Below, in pieces: positions 40,377 to 49,310 of a stretch of DNA of 58,727 nucleotides. Position numbers and translations under genes: made by a program. This stretch comes from Acidobacteriota bacterium. Its GTDB lineage: Bacteria; Acidobacteriota; Polarisedimenticolia; Polarisedimenticolales; DASRJG01. Every line of letters begins with the position of its first letter. The first letter of the stretch is position 1. A model generated the notes under the pieces. That model was not told where the DNA came from and searched no databases. It saw only the letters and a program-made list of their open reading frames with translations. The DNA lies in assembly GCA_031393555.1 (NCBI GenBank), contig JANMVW010000334.1:1-58727 (forward strand), written 5' to 3'.

Positions 40377-41759
40377 CTATTTTTTGGTCGGCATGTGAGG
40401 CCGCGACGACTCTTTTTTCTTCCTGTCCGTGCTGATTTTTGAATCGATTGACGGCGTGAGCACCTGGAATACGACCTGGGCCCCTCTTTGATCAATCCGG
40501 TAGACCCGGTCGGCATGGCGCATCACCTGACCCACTCGTAGCGGATCTCGAACTAAGCTCTCGCTGGGAAAACGGGCCTCGAGGCAACGCCCCATCCCGT
40601 ACGAAAAGTCGGCCGCGTCCTCTTCGCTCTTCCAGCGCGTCACCCAGATCGTCGCCCCTTCTCCGGCTTTCGCGGGAGAGCCCGGGGTCGGCTCGAAACG
40701 CCAGAGTCCGTCCGCCACCCAACCGTCCCCCGCGATCAGCCCGAGGTTGTCCTTCCCAGTAAGCAGGGACACCAGAACGACGATCCCCTGCTCTCCGAGG
40801 GAGTCCCGATCGACGGGGACCAGCGCCACGGAGCTGGGCAGCGCAGGCTCCAGGATTGCGACCGGCGCTGCCGGCGGGCGGTCCAAATGCATGACATCAG
40901 AGCTCGTCCGGCGGACTCTGCGCTCCTGCATCAACCGGGAGAACCCGCCTTTCCTCGCGACTTCGGCGGCCTGTGCGAACCCGTCCAGATAGACAAACTC
41001 GAGCAAGCGAGCAACGACGGGGGTCAAAGCGCGCATCGTTTCGGGAATCAGACGCCCCCCCAACGCCTCTTCGGGGCGCAAAGCACCCGACACGACGTCC
41101 GATTCGAGGCCGAGGCCCTCGAACAGGAGAACGAGCGCGGCAAGATTGGCGGTCCCTTCCGCCATCGCCTGGCGGGCGAGTAGGGCGTCGGTGGTCACTG
41201 GGTCTTCGAGGTGGGGGCCGTCCAGGAAGGCGTGAGCCAGGTAATGCCCGGCGAGGGGCTCATCGGGGGCAACCCCCGTCGCCAGCAAGATCGCGGCGTC
41301 CGGATCCGCGTCCGGATCTCCGCGGCCCGCATCGGGCATCAAACGCTGCGGGTCGACGAGCAAACGCTCGCGCGCCGCATCGAAGGCCATCCCAGGCACA
41401 TCGCGTTCAATCGCGACCATCAGATCCATGGGCTCGGTTCCCGATCCAAATCCGAGATCACTCCACGCTCGTCCGCGCGCTGCCGCACGCATCGACGGTA
41501 GAAGCCGCACCGCTCTCACCTCGGCTTCGGCGATCCGCTCCGCTTCTTCGGCGCGGACGGCCTCAACGTTTGGTGCCCGATCGAGCCGGACGATGGCGGC
41601 GATTCGTGCTCCCACCGCGCTAACCTCTCGCGCGAGGTACGTGTCCCCACCCTTGGTCGTTGGTTCGGTGTCCGTATTGACGGCTAGCGGCGTGGTCGCT
41701 TGCGCCAGGATGCACGTGACCGCCAGCACCGCGGAGGCGAGCACCCTTCGAAACGTCAT
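40377..41759 (-). CDS. hypothetical secreted protein (460 aa)
   Basis: ATG 41759 (MTFRRVLASAVLAVTCILAQA, a signal peptide) has an ATGA overlap with the DUF192 stop. The longer 627-aa track ORF has a junk-like Arg-rich N-terminus. I recognise no family. Confidence 0.55.
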   Translation of the reverse strand: MTFRRVLASAVLAVTCILAQATTPLAVNTDTEPTTKGGDTYLAREVSAVGARIAAIVRLDRAPNVEAVRAEEAERIAEAEVRAVRLLPSMRAAARGRAWSDLGFGSGTEPMDLMVAIERDVPGMAFDAARERLLVDPQRLMPDAGRGDPDADPDAAILLATGVAPDEPLAGHYLAHAFLDGPHLEDPVTTDALLARQAMAEGTANLAALVLLFEGLGLESDVVSGALRPEEALGGRLIPETMRALTPVVARLLEFVYLDGFAQAAEVARKGGFSRLMQERRVRRTSSDVMHLDRPPAAPVAILEPALPSSVALVPVDRDSLGEQGIVVLVSLLTGKDNLGLIAGDGWVADGLWRFEPTPGSPAKAGEGATIWVTRWKSEEDAADFSYGMGRCLEARFPSESLVRDPLRVGQVMRHADRVYRIDQRGAQVVFQVLTPSIDSKISTDRKKKESSRPHMPTKK

Positions 41760-42217
41760 TGCAGCGAAGGATCGGAAAGGACGACGACGACATCGCCCGG
41801 AATCAAGGACTCGGCGGCGACCGTACCCGCCGCGAATTCGACCACGAAACGCGCGGAGATCGGTGGCGCGATCGAGGGGCAATCGCCCTTCGCGGGGCAT
41901 GGCGTGCGGTTGACCGCCGTCCAAACCACGCGCCCGTTTGCGGCAAGCCACACCATGTCGAGCGCCACCTTGCAATCCTTCATCCAGAACGAGTGCCGGC
42001 TGTCGTCGTCGAACACGAAGATCATCCCCTCGCGAGGCCCGATTTTTTCCCGGCCCATGTACCCGCGCTGCCGGGAGCTGTCGTCCGCGGCGACCTCGAG
42101 CGCAAATTCGTGCCCCGACGGGAGGACGGCAACGGCCCACCGCGGTGCCGGAGCGGCGTCCACCGCGCTCCAACCAGCAATCAGGATGAACGAGGCGATA
42201 CGGCGCGCGTTGTTCAT
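41756..42217 (-). CDS. DUF192 domain protein
   Basis: 153 aa with a signal peptide, then GYMGREKIGPREGMIFVF...FWMKDCKVALDMVW, typical of DUF192 (COG1430). Confidence 0.8.
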   Translation of the reverse strand: MNNARRIASFILIAGWSAVDAAPAPRWAVAVLPSGHEFALEVAADDSSRQRGYMGREKIGPREGMIFVFDDDSRHSFWMKDCKVALDMVWLAANGRVVWTAVNRTPCPAKGDCPSIAPPISARFVVEFAAGTVAAESLIPGDVVVVLSDPSLQ

Positions 42218-42801
42218 GGCAACACCGACTGGAACTCGCCATCAACCACGCAAAGCCCACCGGGGGAAACGCCCGCCGCCGTCTTCTCCTTCGCGCCTAG
42301 GCACGTCAAGCGATAGCCACGGGCCGTCGGTTCATAGCCGAAAGGCCTGTCCCAGGGGTCTTTCGGGACGCTCGGCATCAGGGCGGGGACGAGTTCGTCG
42401 AGCGTGGAGGGAACGTGTCCCGTCTCGCGCCGAAAGGTCTCGATCGATCGTGAAAGTTGAACCATGAGTTCACGAGCGCGTCGCAAAGGATAGTTCTCGA
42501 CTGCCGTGGCGAGTCCTTGATAGACCACGATCTGCGCGCGCGCCTTCGTCGCGGCACTGGAGTCGGGAAACGTGTCGATGAGCTTCTGAAGGCGATCAAC
42601 CGCACCTTGCGTATCACCTTTCTCCACACGTTCGATCGCTTGGCGCCACAAGCGCTGCGCGCGACGCTCGTCCCCACCACACGACGACACCGTTATCACG
42701 AGAAGCACCGCAAACACGACACTGAAAAACAACCTCGCGCGGACGGTTCGCGTGTTGACTTCGCTGTGCCGTCGTTTCATAATTCGCGCGATTTCGATCA
42801 C
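42214..42801 (-). CDS. lipoprotein with C-terminal GspG-like (type II secretion pseudopilin globular) domain
   Basis: GTG 42801 has GAGGA 7 nt upstream. It carries a lipobox VSSC and a C-terminal ETFRRETGHVPSTLDELVP...PKDPWDRPFGYEP...YRLTCLGAKE, resembling the GspG core. Confidence 0.6.
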   Translation of the reverse strand: MIEIARIMKRRHSEVNTRTVRARLFFSVVFAVLLVITVSSCGGDERRAQRLWRQAIERVEKGDTQGAVDRLQKLIDTFPDSSAATKARAQIVVYQGLATAVENYPLRRARELMVQLSRSIETFRRETGHVPSTLDELVPALMPSVPKDPWDRPFGYEPTARGYRLTCLGAKEKTAAGVSPGGLCVVDGEFQSVLP

Positions 42802-42875
42802 GGGTGGTCCTCGGCACTAACGATTTTCGCGTCCGGACATCGCGCGTCGGCGTCCGACCGGTGGGCTCACTTTAG

Positions 42876-44207
42876 ATGACGCTTCGGCCCAGGGCAACCG
42901 AGGTTCCCGAACTCGTGAGGCGACTCGGGAGCCGTCAGCCGAAACAGGTTGACCGCGCACGCGCGCGTCTTTCGATCATCGGATCTCACTCCGTCGTGGC
43001 CCTCGTCGAAGCACTCGAGGGCGACAACAATCGAGTCCGTTCCCACGCGATGCCGCTCTTGGCGCTCATCCAAGATCCTCGAGGACGAGAACCGCTCGTC
43101 GCCATGCTCCTCGATCGAGATCCGCGCATGAGGCAAATTGCCGCGCGATGCCTAGCTCGCTTCTCCTCGCTCGATGCCGTCGCCGCGCTCGAAAGACTGT
43201 TGAAGCGCGACAAGGTCCGCGACGTTCGCGTCTCCGCGGTGCACGGACTCCTCGAGCTCTACGAGGCAGGACAGGACGCAGCGATCCGGCGCATCCTTGA
43301 AGTACTCCTCGACGCGAAGGAAGACCCGAGGATCCGGGTAGCGAGCATGGCGCTGTTGCCCCTACTCCGACCGACGGCGCGGCGCGGCCTGCTGCGCCGT
43401 CTCCGCCAGGACGGAGTCGAGGAAATCGCACGGAGAGCGGAGGAAATCACCGAAGAAGACGACGCCCCGGCGCCGAGAGATAGATCCAGGATTGATACGC
43501 TCGTCCGCGAGCTCGCCTCACCCGATTACGCCGTCTGGAACGAAGCGCTCCACCGGCTTGCCGCCGCAGGGCCGGCCGTGTCAGAAGCCATCGTGGCCGA
43601 GATGCGCCGCCGCGCCGGCGACCCCGAGTACTGCACGCGTGCGGGGATGGCGCTGAAGGCGCTTGGTCCCCGCCGTGTCAGGGGACTCGCCGACGCGCTC
43701 GACGTCGTAGACGAGCCGCTGCCGCTCCAAATCCTGGTCGAGGTCGCGGGAACTATAGGCGAGAAGCCCCTCATCTACCGGCTGAAAAGCGTCATCGAAC
43801 GGGTGGCGCCGCGGCCGGATACCGCGGGCACGTCTCGATTCGACACAATGCAGCGGGTGCGGGCGAAGGCGCACTTCGAGCTCGCCCGTATCGGAAGCCG
43901 AGTGGCCATCCAAGATCTTCAGTCGATGTTGGCGGATTCGGACCGCCGCCTTCCGCTTGAAGCGTTGGCCGCCGTAGAGCAGATTGGAAAGAAAGACGAG
44001 ATCCCTCTTTTGCTGTGGGCCTATCTCCGTGAAGACCCGTTCACTCGTGGGCGCATCGCGGGCGTGGTGCGGACGATTCTGAAGCGGGAGCGCATTCGCC
44101 GGAACAGCGTCGCGTTGCGGTCTCTGCCGGCCGAGTTACGGCGCGCACTCGAAGGCATCCTTGGGCGCTCGGCGCGACGCTCCGCGCGCGGCAGACGTTC
44201 CCGCTAA
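42876..44207 (+). CDS. HEAT-repeat protein
   Basis: 443 aa with repeated HEAT/PBS-lyase-like units (ALVEALEGDNNRVRSHAMPLLALI, DPRMRQIAARCLARF, DVRVSAVHGLLEL). Confidence 0.75.
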   Translation: MTLRPRATEVPELVRRLGSRQPKQVDRARARLSIIGSHSVVALVEALEGDNNRVRSHAMPLLALIQDPRGREPLVAMLLDRDPRMRQIAARCLARFSSLDAVAALERLLKRDKVRDVRVSAVHGLLELYEAGQDAAIRRILEVLLDAKEDPRIRVASMALLPLLRPTARRGLLRRLRQDGVEEIARRAEEITEEDDAPAPRDRSRIDTLVRELASPDYAVWNEALHRLAAAGPAVSEAIVAEMRRRAGDPEYCTRAGMALKALGPRRVRGLADALDVVDEPLPLQILVEVAGTIGEKPLIYRLKSVIERVAPRPDTAGTSRFDTMQRVRAKAHFELARIGSRVAIQDLQSMLADSDRRLPLEALAAVEQIGKKDEIPLLLWAYLREDPFTRGRIAGVVRTILKRERIRRNSVALRSLPAELRRALEGILGRSARRSARGRRSR

Positions 44208-44226
44208 CTCCCGTTCGGAGGACACC

Positions 44227-45417
44227 ATGGCCCGCAAGCTCAGCGTGCGCGATCTCAGTGATCTTTCCGGGAAACGTGTTTTCTGCCGCGTAGATTTCAA
44301 CGTTCCCATCGCATCCGGCCGCGTCGTCGACGACTCGCGCATCTCCGCGTCGCTACCAACGATCAATTTACTTTGCGCGCGCGGGGCCCGCGTGGTCCTG
44401 GCTTCGCACCTCGGGCGCCCGAAAGGCAAGCCGCGACCCGAATTCTCGCTCGCGCCGGTTGCGGCCCATCTGGCAACGATTCTCGGCCGACCGGTGGCGT
44501 TCGCGGTCGACTGCATCGGCGAGCCCGCCGTCAACGGCGCGGCCCGACTCGGCCCCGGCGAAGTTCTCCTGCTCGAGAACCTACGCTTCCACCCGGACGA
44601 AGAGACCAACGACGAGGGGTTTTCGGATGCGTTGGCTCGCCTTGGCGACCTCTACGTCAACGACGCGTTCGGGAGCGCGCACCGCGCGCACGCGTCCACG
44701 GTCGGGGTTCCGCTTCGCCTCAAGCCGGCGGCGGCCGGCCTCCTGATGCTGGCGGAACTCGATCATCTCGGGCGCCTCCTCGAATCGCCGATCCATCCAT
44801 TTTTTGCAATTCTCGGGGGCGCGAAGGTTTCGGACAAGATCGATTTGATTGACAATCTGCTGCCGCACGTCGACGGCTTCCTTGTCGGCGGCGCAATGGC
44901 GTACACGTTCTTGCAGGCGCAGGGTCATCCGGTCGGGCGCTCACTCGTCGAGGTCGAGAAGCTCGATCTCGCTCGCGCGCTCCTGTCGCGCGTCCAGTCC
45001 ACCGGGAAGCGTTTTGTTTTACCAGTCGACCACGTAGCGGCCGTCGGCGGCGACGACGCCAATATCCGCACGACGGCCAGCGTCGCCCTGACTCCCGACG
45101 AGGCTGGCATGGACATTGGGCCTGGCACGACGGCGGCGTTCGCGACAGAGATCAGCCGCGCCGAGACGATCTTGTGGAACGGCCCGCTGGGACGATTCGA
45201 GATCGAAGCGTTCTCGATGGGAAGCCGACGCATCGCTGAGGCGATCGCCGACTCGCACGCAATATCGGTCGTCGGCGGCGGCGATACCGGCTCCGCGGTG
45301 CATCGTTTCGGCCTCACGTCCAAGATGACGCATGTTTCCACCGGAGGCGGGGCGTCGCTCGAATTTCTTTCCGGGCTGCCGCTTCCGGGCGTCGCCGCTC
45401 TGGACGACGCGCCGTGA
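44227..45417 (+). CDS. pgk: phosphoglycerate kinase
   Basis: ATG 44227 is preceded by GGAGGA. Motifs: MARKLSVRDLSDLSGKRVFCRVDFNVP, SHLGRPKG, FENLRFH-like LENLRFH and GGGDT. Confidence 0.95.
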   Translation: MARKLSVRDLSDLSGKRVFCRVDFNVPIASGRVVDDSRISASLPTINLLCARGARVVLASHLGRPKGKPRPEFSLAPVAAHLATILGRPVAFAVDCIGEPAVNGAARLGPGEVLLLENLRFHPDEETNDEGFSDALARLGDLYVNDAFGSAHRAHASTVGVPLRLKPAAAGLLMLAELDHLGRLLESPIHPFFAILGGAKVSDKIDLIDNLLPHVDGFLVGGAMAYTFLQAQGHPVGRSLVEVEKLDLARALLSRVQSTGKRFVLPVDHVAAVGGDDANIRTTASVALTPDEAGMDIGPGTTAAFATEISRAETILWNGPLGRFEIEAFSMGSRRIAEAIADSHAISVVGGGDTGSAVHRFGLTSKMTHVSTGGGASLEFLSGLPLPGVAALDDAP

Positions 45418-46181
45418 CGGATCAGCGACCGCGCTTACTCCTGGTCGGGAACTGGAAGATGAATCTCGGCGAGTCCGCGGCCAGAAATCTCGTCGACGGC
45501 CTGCTGGCAACCCTTCCTTTCGATCGAATCACCGCTGCCGTCGCCCCCTCCTTCCCGTGTTTGCGCGCCGTGCTAGACGCCGTAGCAGGGACGCCGCTCG
45601 CCGTTTGCGCCCAAAACCTGCATTGGGAGGCGAACGGCGCGTTCACTGGAGAAGTCGCGCCGCCGGTGCTCTTCGACATGGGCGTTCGCTTCGTGATCGT
45701 CGGCCACTCCGAGCGACGGACGCTTTTCGGCGAAAACGACGCGATGGTCGCGCGAAAAGTGGTCGCCGCTCGACGCCATGGCCTCACGCCGATTGTCTGC
45801 GTGGGCGAGGACGAAACCCAGCGCGACGCAGGGAAGACGTGCGACGTGGTCGTAGCGCAGATTCGACGGGCGTTCGACGACGACGCGCTGGAGTCCCCCC
45901 GCGATTTGGTGGTGGCCTATGAGCCCGTGTGGGCGATCGGAACCGGGCGGACGCCCGAGCCGGCCGAGGTCACCGACGCCCATGGTGCGATACGCGCGGT
46001 GTTCACGGAGCGCTTCGGCGCGTCGGCCGACGCGGTCCGCATCCTTTACGGGGGCTCGGTGACGGCGGCCAACGCATCACTGCTGCTGCGGGCTCCGGAG
46101 GTGGACGGCGCGCTCGTGGGCGGGGCTTCTCTCGAGCCGGGGTCGTTTGCGTCGATTGCCGCCACCGCGGCGGCGTGCTAG
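45414..46181 (+). CDS. tpiA: triosephosphate isomerase
   Basis: The GTG start overlaps the pgk stop (GTGA). Motifs: VGNWKMN, VIVGHSERR, AYEPVWAIGTG and YGGS. Confidence 0.95.
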   Translation: MTDQRPRLLLVGNWKMNLGESAARNLVDGLLATLPFDRITAAVAPSFPCLRAVLDAVAGTPLAVCAQNLHWEANGAFTGEVAPPVLFDMGVRFVIVGHSERRTLFGENDAMVARKVVAARRHGLTPIVCVGEDETQRDAGKTCDVVVAQIRRAFDDDALESPRDLVVAYEPVWAIGTGRTPEPAEVTDAHGAIRAVFTERFGASADAVRILYGGSVTAANASLLLRAPEVDGALVGGASLEPGSFASIAATAAAC

Positions 46182-46222
46182 CCTCACTCGGTTTTTCGGG
46201 TCCGAATCGGAAGGGAACGGCG

Positions 46223-46567
46223 ATGGTGATCTTGCTGACGATCCTCCACGTGATCGTTGCGGTATTCCTGATTCTCGTGGTGCTCCTGCAAACAGGGAAG
46301 CGAGCCGATCTCGCGGGCGCTTTTGGAGGGGGCGGTTCTCAGACCGCGTTCGGCGCGCGCGGAGCCGCGACGCTGCTCTCTCGCCTGACAGCTTGGTCGG
46401 CTGGTATCTTCATGGCGACTTCTCTCATGCTCGCACTGATGTCCTCGACCAGCACAGGCGGCGGATCCGTTCTCGATTCTGTGCCGGCTACCGCTCCGGC
46501 GTCCGCACCGGCAGCCCCGATACCTACGCCCACGGTTCCGACGCCCGCCCCGGCACCCACGAAGTGA
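46223..46567 (+). CDS. secG: preprotein translocase subunit SecG
   Basis: MVILLTILHVIVAVFLILVVLLQTGKRADLAGAFGGGGSQTAFG is a canonical SecG sequence. It has a Pro/Ala-rich C-terminal tail and sits after tpiA. Confidence 0.88.
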   Translation: MVILLTILHVIVAVFLILVVLLQTGKRADLAGAFGGGGSQTAFGARGAATLLSRLTAWSAGIFMATSLMLALMSSTSTGGGSVLDSVPATAPASAPAAPIPTPTVPTPAPAPTK

Positions 46568-46599
46568 GCGAGTTTCTATCGAGGCATCCTCACGATTTT

Positions 46600-46608
46600 T
46601 GTTATGAT
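46600..46608 (+). promoter_or_regulatory. extended -10 promoter candidate for tRNA-Leu
   Basis: TGtTATGAT at 46600-46608, ending about 25 nt upstream of the tRNA 5' end. There is no good -35 element. Confidence 0.3.
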
Positions 46609-46633
46609 CGCGCGTTGTCACGACGTCCCCCGC

Positions 46634-46720
46634 GCCGAAGTGGTGGAACTGGCAGACACACCATCTTGAGGGGGTGGCGCTCGCAAGGGCGTGGGGGTTC
46701 GAATCCCCCCTTCGGCACCA
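46634..46720 (+). tRNA. tRNA-Leu (anticodon GAG)
   Basis: GCCGAAGTGGTGGAACTGGCAGACACACCATCTTGAGGGGGTGGCGCTCGCAAGGGCGTGGGGGTTCGAATCCCCCCTTCGGCACCA. This is a class II tRNA with a long variable arm, anticodon stem CCATC/GGTGG, loop TTGAGGG and an encoded CCA. Confidence 0.93.
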
Positions 46721-46747
46721 TTCTTGAAGACGTCTCGTGACGAGCGA

Positions 46748-47242
46748 TCACCAGTCCTTGTAGTACGTACCGTCGAGGGCCTTCCCAGGAGAAAGGCAGT
46801 AGACGTCGTAGACGTTTTCTCCACCCCACGAGTCCGCGTCCCAGTCGTCCTGGTACGAGCGCTTGCCCCACTCCGCCTCTTGCGTGAAGGGATCGACCGG
46901 GATGTACTGCAGGAAGCGCACCTTGTGGGTCAGCCCCGTGACCGGATCGGCGACGTCAACACCTTCAACGAGTTCGTCGAGGTCGGTCGGGAAGAAGCCG
47001 GGGTCGCTCGGGACCCCTCGCTGCTCAACATCTTGGGACTTGATGCGGCCCTGGTCAGCGGCCTTCTTATACTGGTCGATGGCCTCGCGCATCATGCGCA
47101 AATCCACGCGTAACTCGTCTTCCCGGCGACGCTTCTCGTCCCACCTCTTGAGCGGGACGGCCATCGCCATCAGCGCCATCATGATCCCGAGCGCGGCGAG
47201 AAGCTCAATGGTCGTCAGACCGGACTGCCCATGACGTCTCAA
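46748..47242 (-). CDS. prepilin-type N-terminal cleavage/methylation protein (GspG-like pseudopilin)
   Basis: MRRHGQSG/LTTIELLAALGIMMALMAMAV is a class III signal with Glu at +5. The C-terminal part is GspG-like (LDELVEG...VDPFTQEAEWGKRSY). Confidence 0.7.
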   Translation of the reverse strand: MRRHGQSGLTTIELLAALGIMMALMAMAVPLKRWDEKRRREDELRVDLRMMREAIDQYKKAADQGRIKSQDVEQRGVPSDPGFFPTDLDELVEGVDVADPVTGLTHKVRFLQYIPVDPFTQEAEWGKRSYQDDWDADSWGGENVYDVYCLSPGKALDGTYYKDW

Positions 47243-47333
47243 TAGCGAACCCTCGATGCCATTGTAGTTACGGTGAATACACCGACGCCGTCTAGATTAG
47301 ACTCGGCCGTCGTATTTTCCGGAGGACGCACCC

Positions 47334-49310
47334 ATGCCCGACCCGAAGGACAGCAAGGCCCCGCCCCCGGCAGCCGGGGATCTCGAGGACCTCCTCGCGG
47401 AGACTCGCCGTTTCGACCCCAGCACAGCCTTTCGCGACGAGGCGCGAGTGGCCGATCCTTCGGTGTACGGTCGGGCAGAGCGAGACCCGCAGGCGTTTTG
47501 GGCGTCGTTTGCGCTGGAACTCCAGTGGCAGAAACCTTGGGACACCGTGCTCGAAGGGCGCGGTCCGGATGCTCGCTGGTTCGTCGGCGGAAAGATCAAC
47601 GCTTCGATCAACTGCCTTGACCGCCACGTGCGGGGGCCGCGGCGGAACAAAGCCGCGCTGATCTGGGAGGGTGAGCCGGGCGATCGGCGAACGTGGACCT
47701 ATTTCGACCTGTGGCGCGAAGTGAACAAATTCGGGAATGTCTTGCGAGGCCTCGGCGTGACCAAGGGCGACCGGGTTGCGATCTACATGCCCCTAATCCC
47801 CGAGGCCGTGGTCGCAATGCTCGCCTGCGCTCGCATTGGCGCCATCCACAGCGTCATTTTTGGAGGATTCTCGGCGGAGTCGCTGCGCGATCGCATCCTC
47901 GACGCCCAAGCCAAAGTTCTTGTCACTGCGGACGGCGGCTATCGGCGTGGCGGCCTGCTCCCCCTCAAACACGACGCCGATTACGCGCTTCGGGAGACGC
48001 CTTGCATCCGGCATGTCGTTGTGGTCAAGCGCGGCGATTTTCCGCTTCGCGTAAAAGAGGGGCGCGACCATTGGTACCACCGGCTCATGCAGGACGCGCC
48101 GGCCTGGTGCGAGCCTGAACTGATGGATTCCAACGACCCGCTCTACATTCTCTACACGTCCGGCACGACGGGGAAACCCAAAGGGATCACCCATGGAACG
48201 GGCGGCTACTTGACGGGAGTGTACGCTTCGACGAAATGGGTCTTCGACCTGAAAGACGAAGACGTCTTCTGGTGCACGGCGGATATCGGCTGGGTGACCG
48301 GGCACTCCTACGTCGTTTACGGGCCGCTTGCGGCGGGTGCGACCGTGGTTCTATACGAAGGCGCGCCCGACTGGCCCGACCGGGATCGCTTCTGGGAGAT
48401 TTGCGCGCGGTACGGCGTTACCGTGTTCTACACGGCCCCCACCGCGATTCGTGCGTTCATGAAATGGGGAGACGAGTGGCCTCGCAAGCACGACTTGTCG
48501 CGTCTGCGACTTCTCGGATCGGTAGGCGAACCGATTAATCCCGAAGCTTGGATGTGGTACCGCGAGGTGATCGGCGAAGGACGCTGTCCGATCGTCGACA
48601 CGTGGTGGCAGACCGAAACGGGTCAGATCTTGATAACGCCGCTCCCCGGAATCACATCGACCAAACCGGGCTCCGCGAGCCTCGCGTTCCCAGGCGTTCA
48701 CGCCGAGGTTCTCAATGAGCAGGGCGAGGTTGTTCCTGTCGGGGGGGGCTATCTTGCTCTCACGGAGCCCTGGCCCGCGATGACCCTTGGCATCTGGGGC
48801 GATCGCGAGAGGTTCATTGCAACCTACTGGAGTCGCTGGGATGGCACCTACTTCACCGGGGACGGAGCGAAGCGGGATGCCGACGGCCACTTCTGGCTCC
48901 TGGGTCGCGTCGACGATGTGATGAACGTCGCAGGACACCGCATCGGAACGATGGAAGTGGAATCAGCACTGGTCGATCACCACGCCGTCGCTGAGGCTGC
49001 GGTCGTGGGAATACCGCATGAGCTCAAGGGTACGGCCATCGTTGCATTCGTCTCAGTGCGCGATGGACGCGAACCGGGACTCGCGCTTGCCGCCGAACTG
49101 AAGGATCACGTCGCGGCGAAGATCGGGGCGCTCGCTCGCCCAGAGGAGGTACTCTTTACTGCCGATCTGCCCAAAACACGTTCGGGGAAGATCATGCGGC
49201 GCTTGCTGCGCGACATTGCGGAAGGAAAGACGCTCGGCGACACGACAACGCTGGCGGATCCTTCGGTTGTCGAGGCCCTGAAGAAGAAGTACGAAGAGAA
49301 GGATGGCTAG
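47334..49310 (+). CDS. acs: acetyl-CoA synthetase (AMP-forming)
   Basis: 658 aa. Motifs: [42 protein letters not shown] and [17 protein letters not shown] lies before the ATG. Confidence 0.96.
   Translation: MPDPKDSKAPPPAAGDLEDLLAETRRFDPSTAFRDEARVADPSVYGRAERDPQAFWASFALELQWQKPWDTVLEGRGPDARWFVGGKINASINCLDRHVRGPRRNKAALIWEGEPGDRRTWTYFDLWREVNKFGNVLRGLGVTKGDRVAIYMPLIPEAVVAMLACARIGAIHSVIFGGFSAESLRDRILDAQAKVLVTADGGYRRGGLLPLKHDADYALRETPCIRHVVVVKRGDFPLRVKEGRDHWYHRLMQDAPAWCEPELMDSNDPLYILYTSGTTGKPKGITHGTGGYLTGVYASTKWVFDLKDEDVFWCTADIGWVTGHSYVVYGPLAAGATVVLYEGAPDWPDRDRFWEICARYGVTVFYTAPTAIRAFMKWGDEWPRKHDLSRLRLLGSVGEPINPEAWMWYREVIGEGRCPIVDTWWQTETGQILITPLPGITSTKPGSASLAFPGVHAEVLNEQGEVVPVGGGYLALTEPWPAMTLGIWGDRERFIATYWSRWDGTYFTGDGAKRDADGHFWLLGRVDDVMNVAGHRIGTMEVESALVDHHAVAEAAVVGIPHELKGTAIVAFVSVRDGREPGLALAAELKDHVAAKIGALARPEEVLFTADLPKTRSGKIMRRLLRDIAEGKTLGDTTTLADPSVVEALKKKYEEKDG

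Noticed and set aside
41760-42260. The upstream part of the 627-aa minus-strand ORF (40377-42260).
   Set aside because: It overlaps the well-supported DUF192 gene in another frame. A signal-peptide-bearing start at 41759 (ATGA coupling) is far more plausible.
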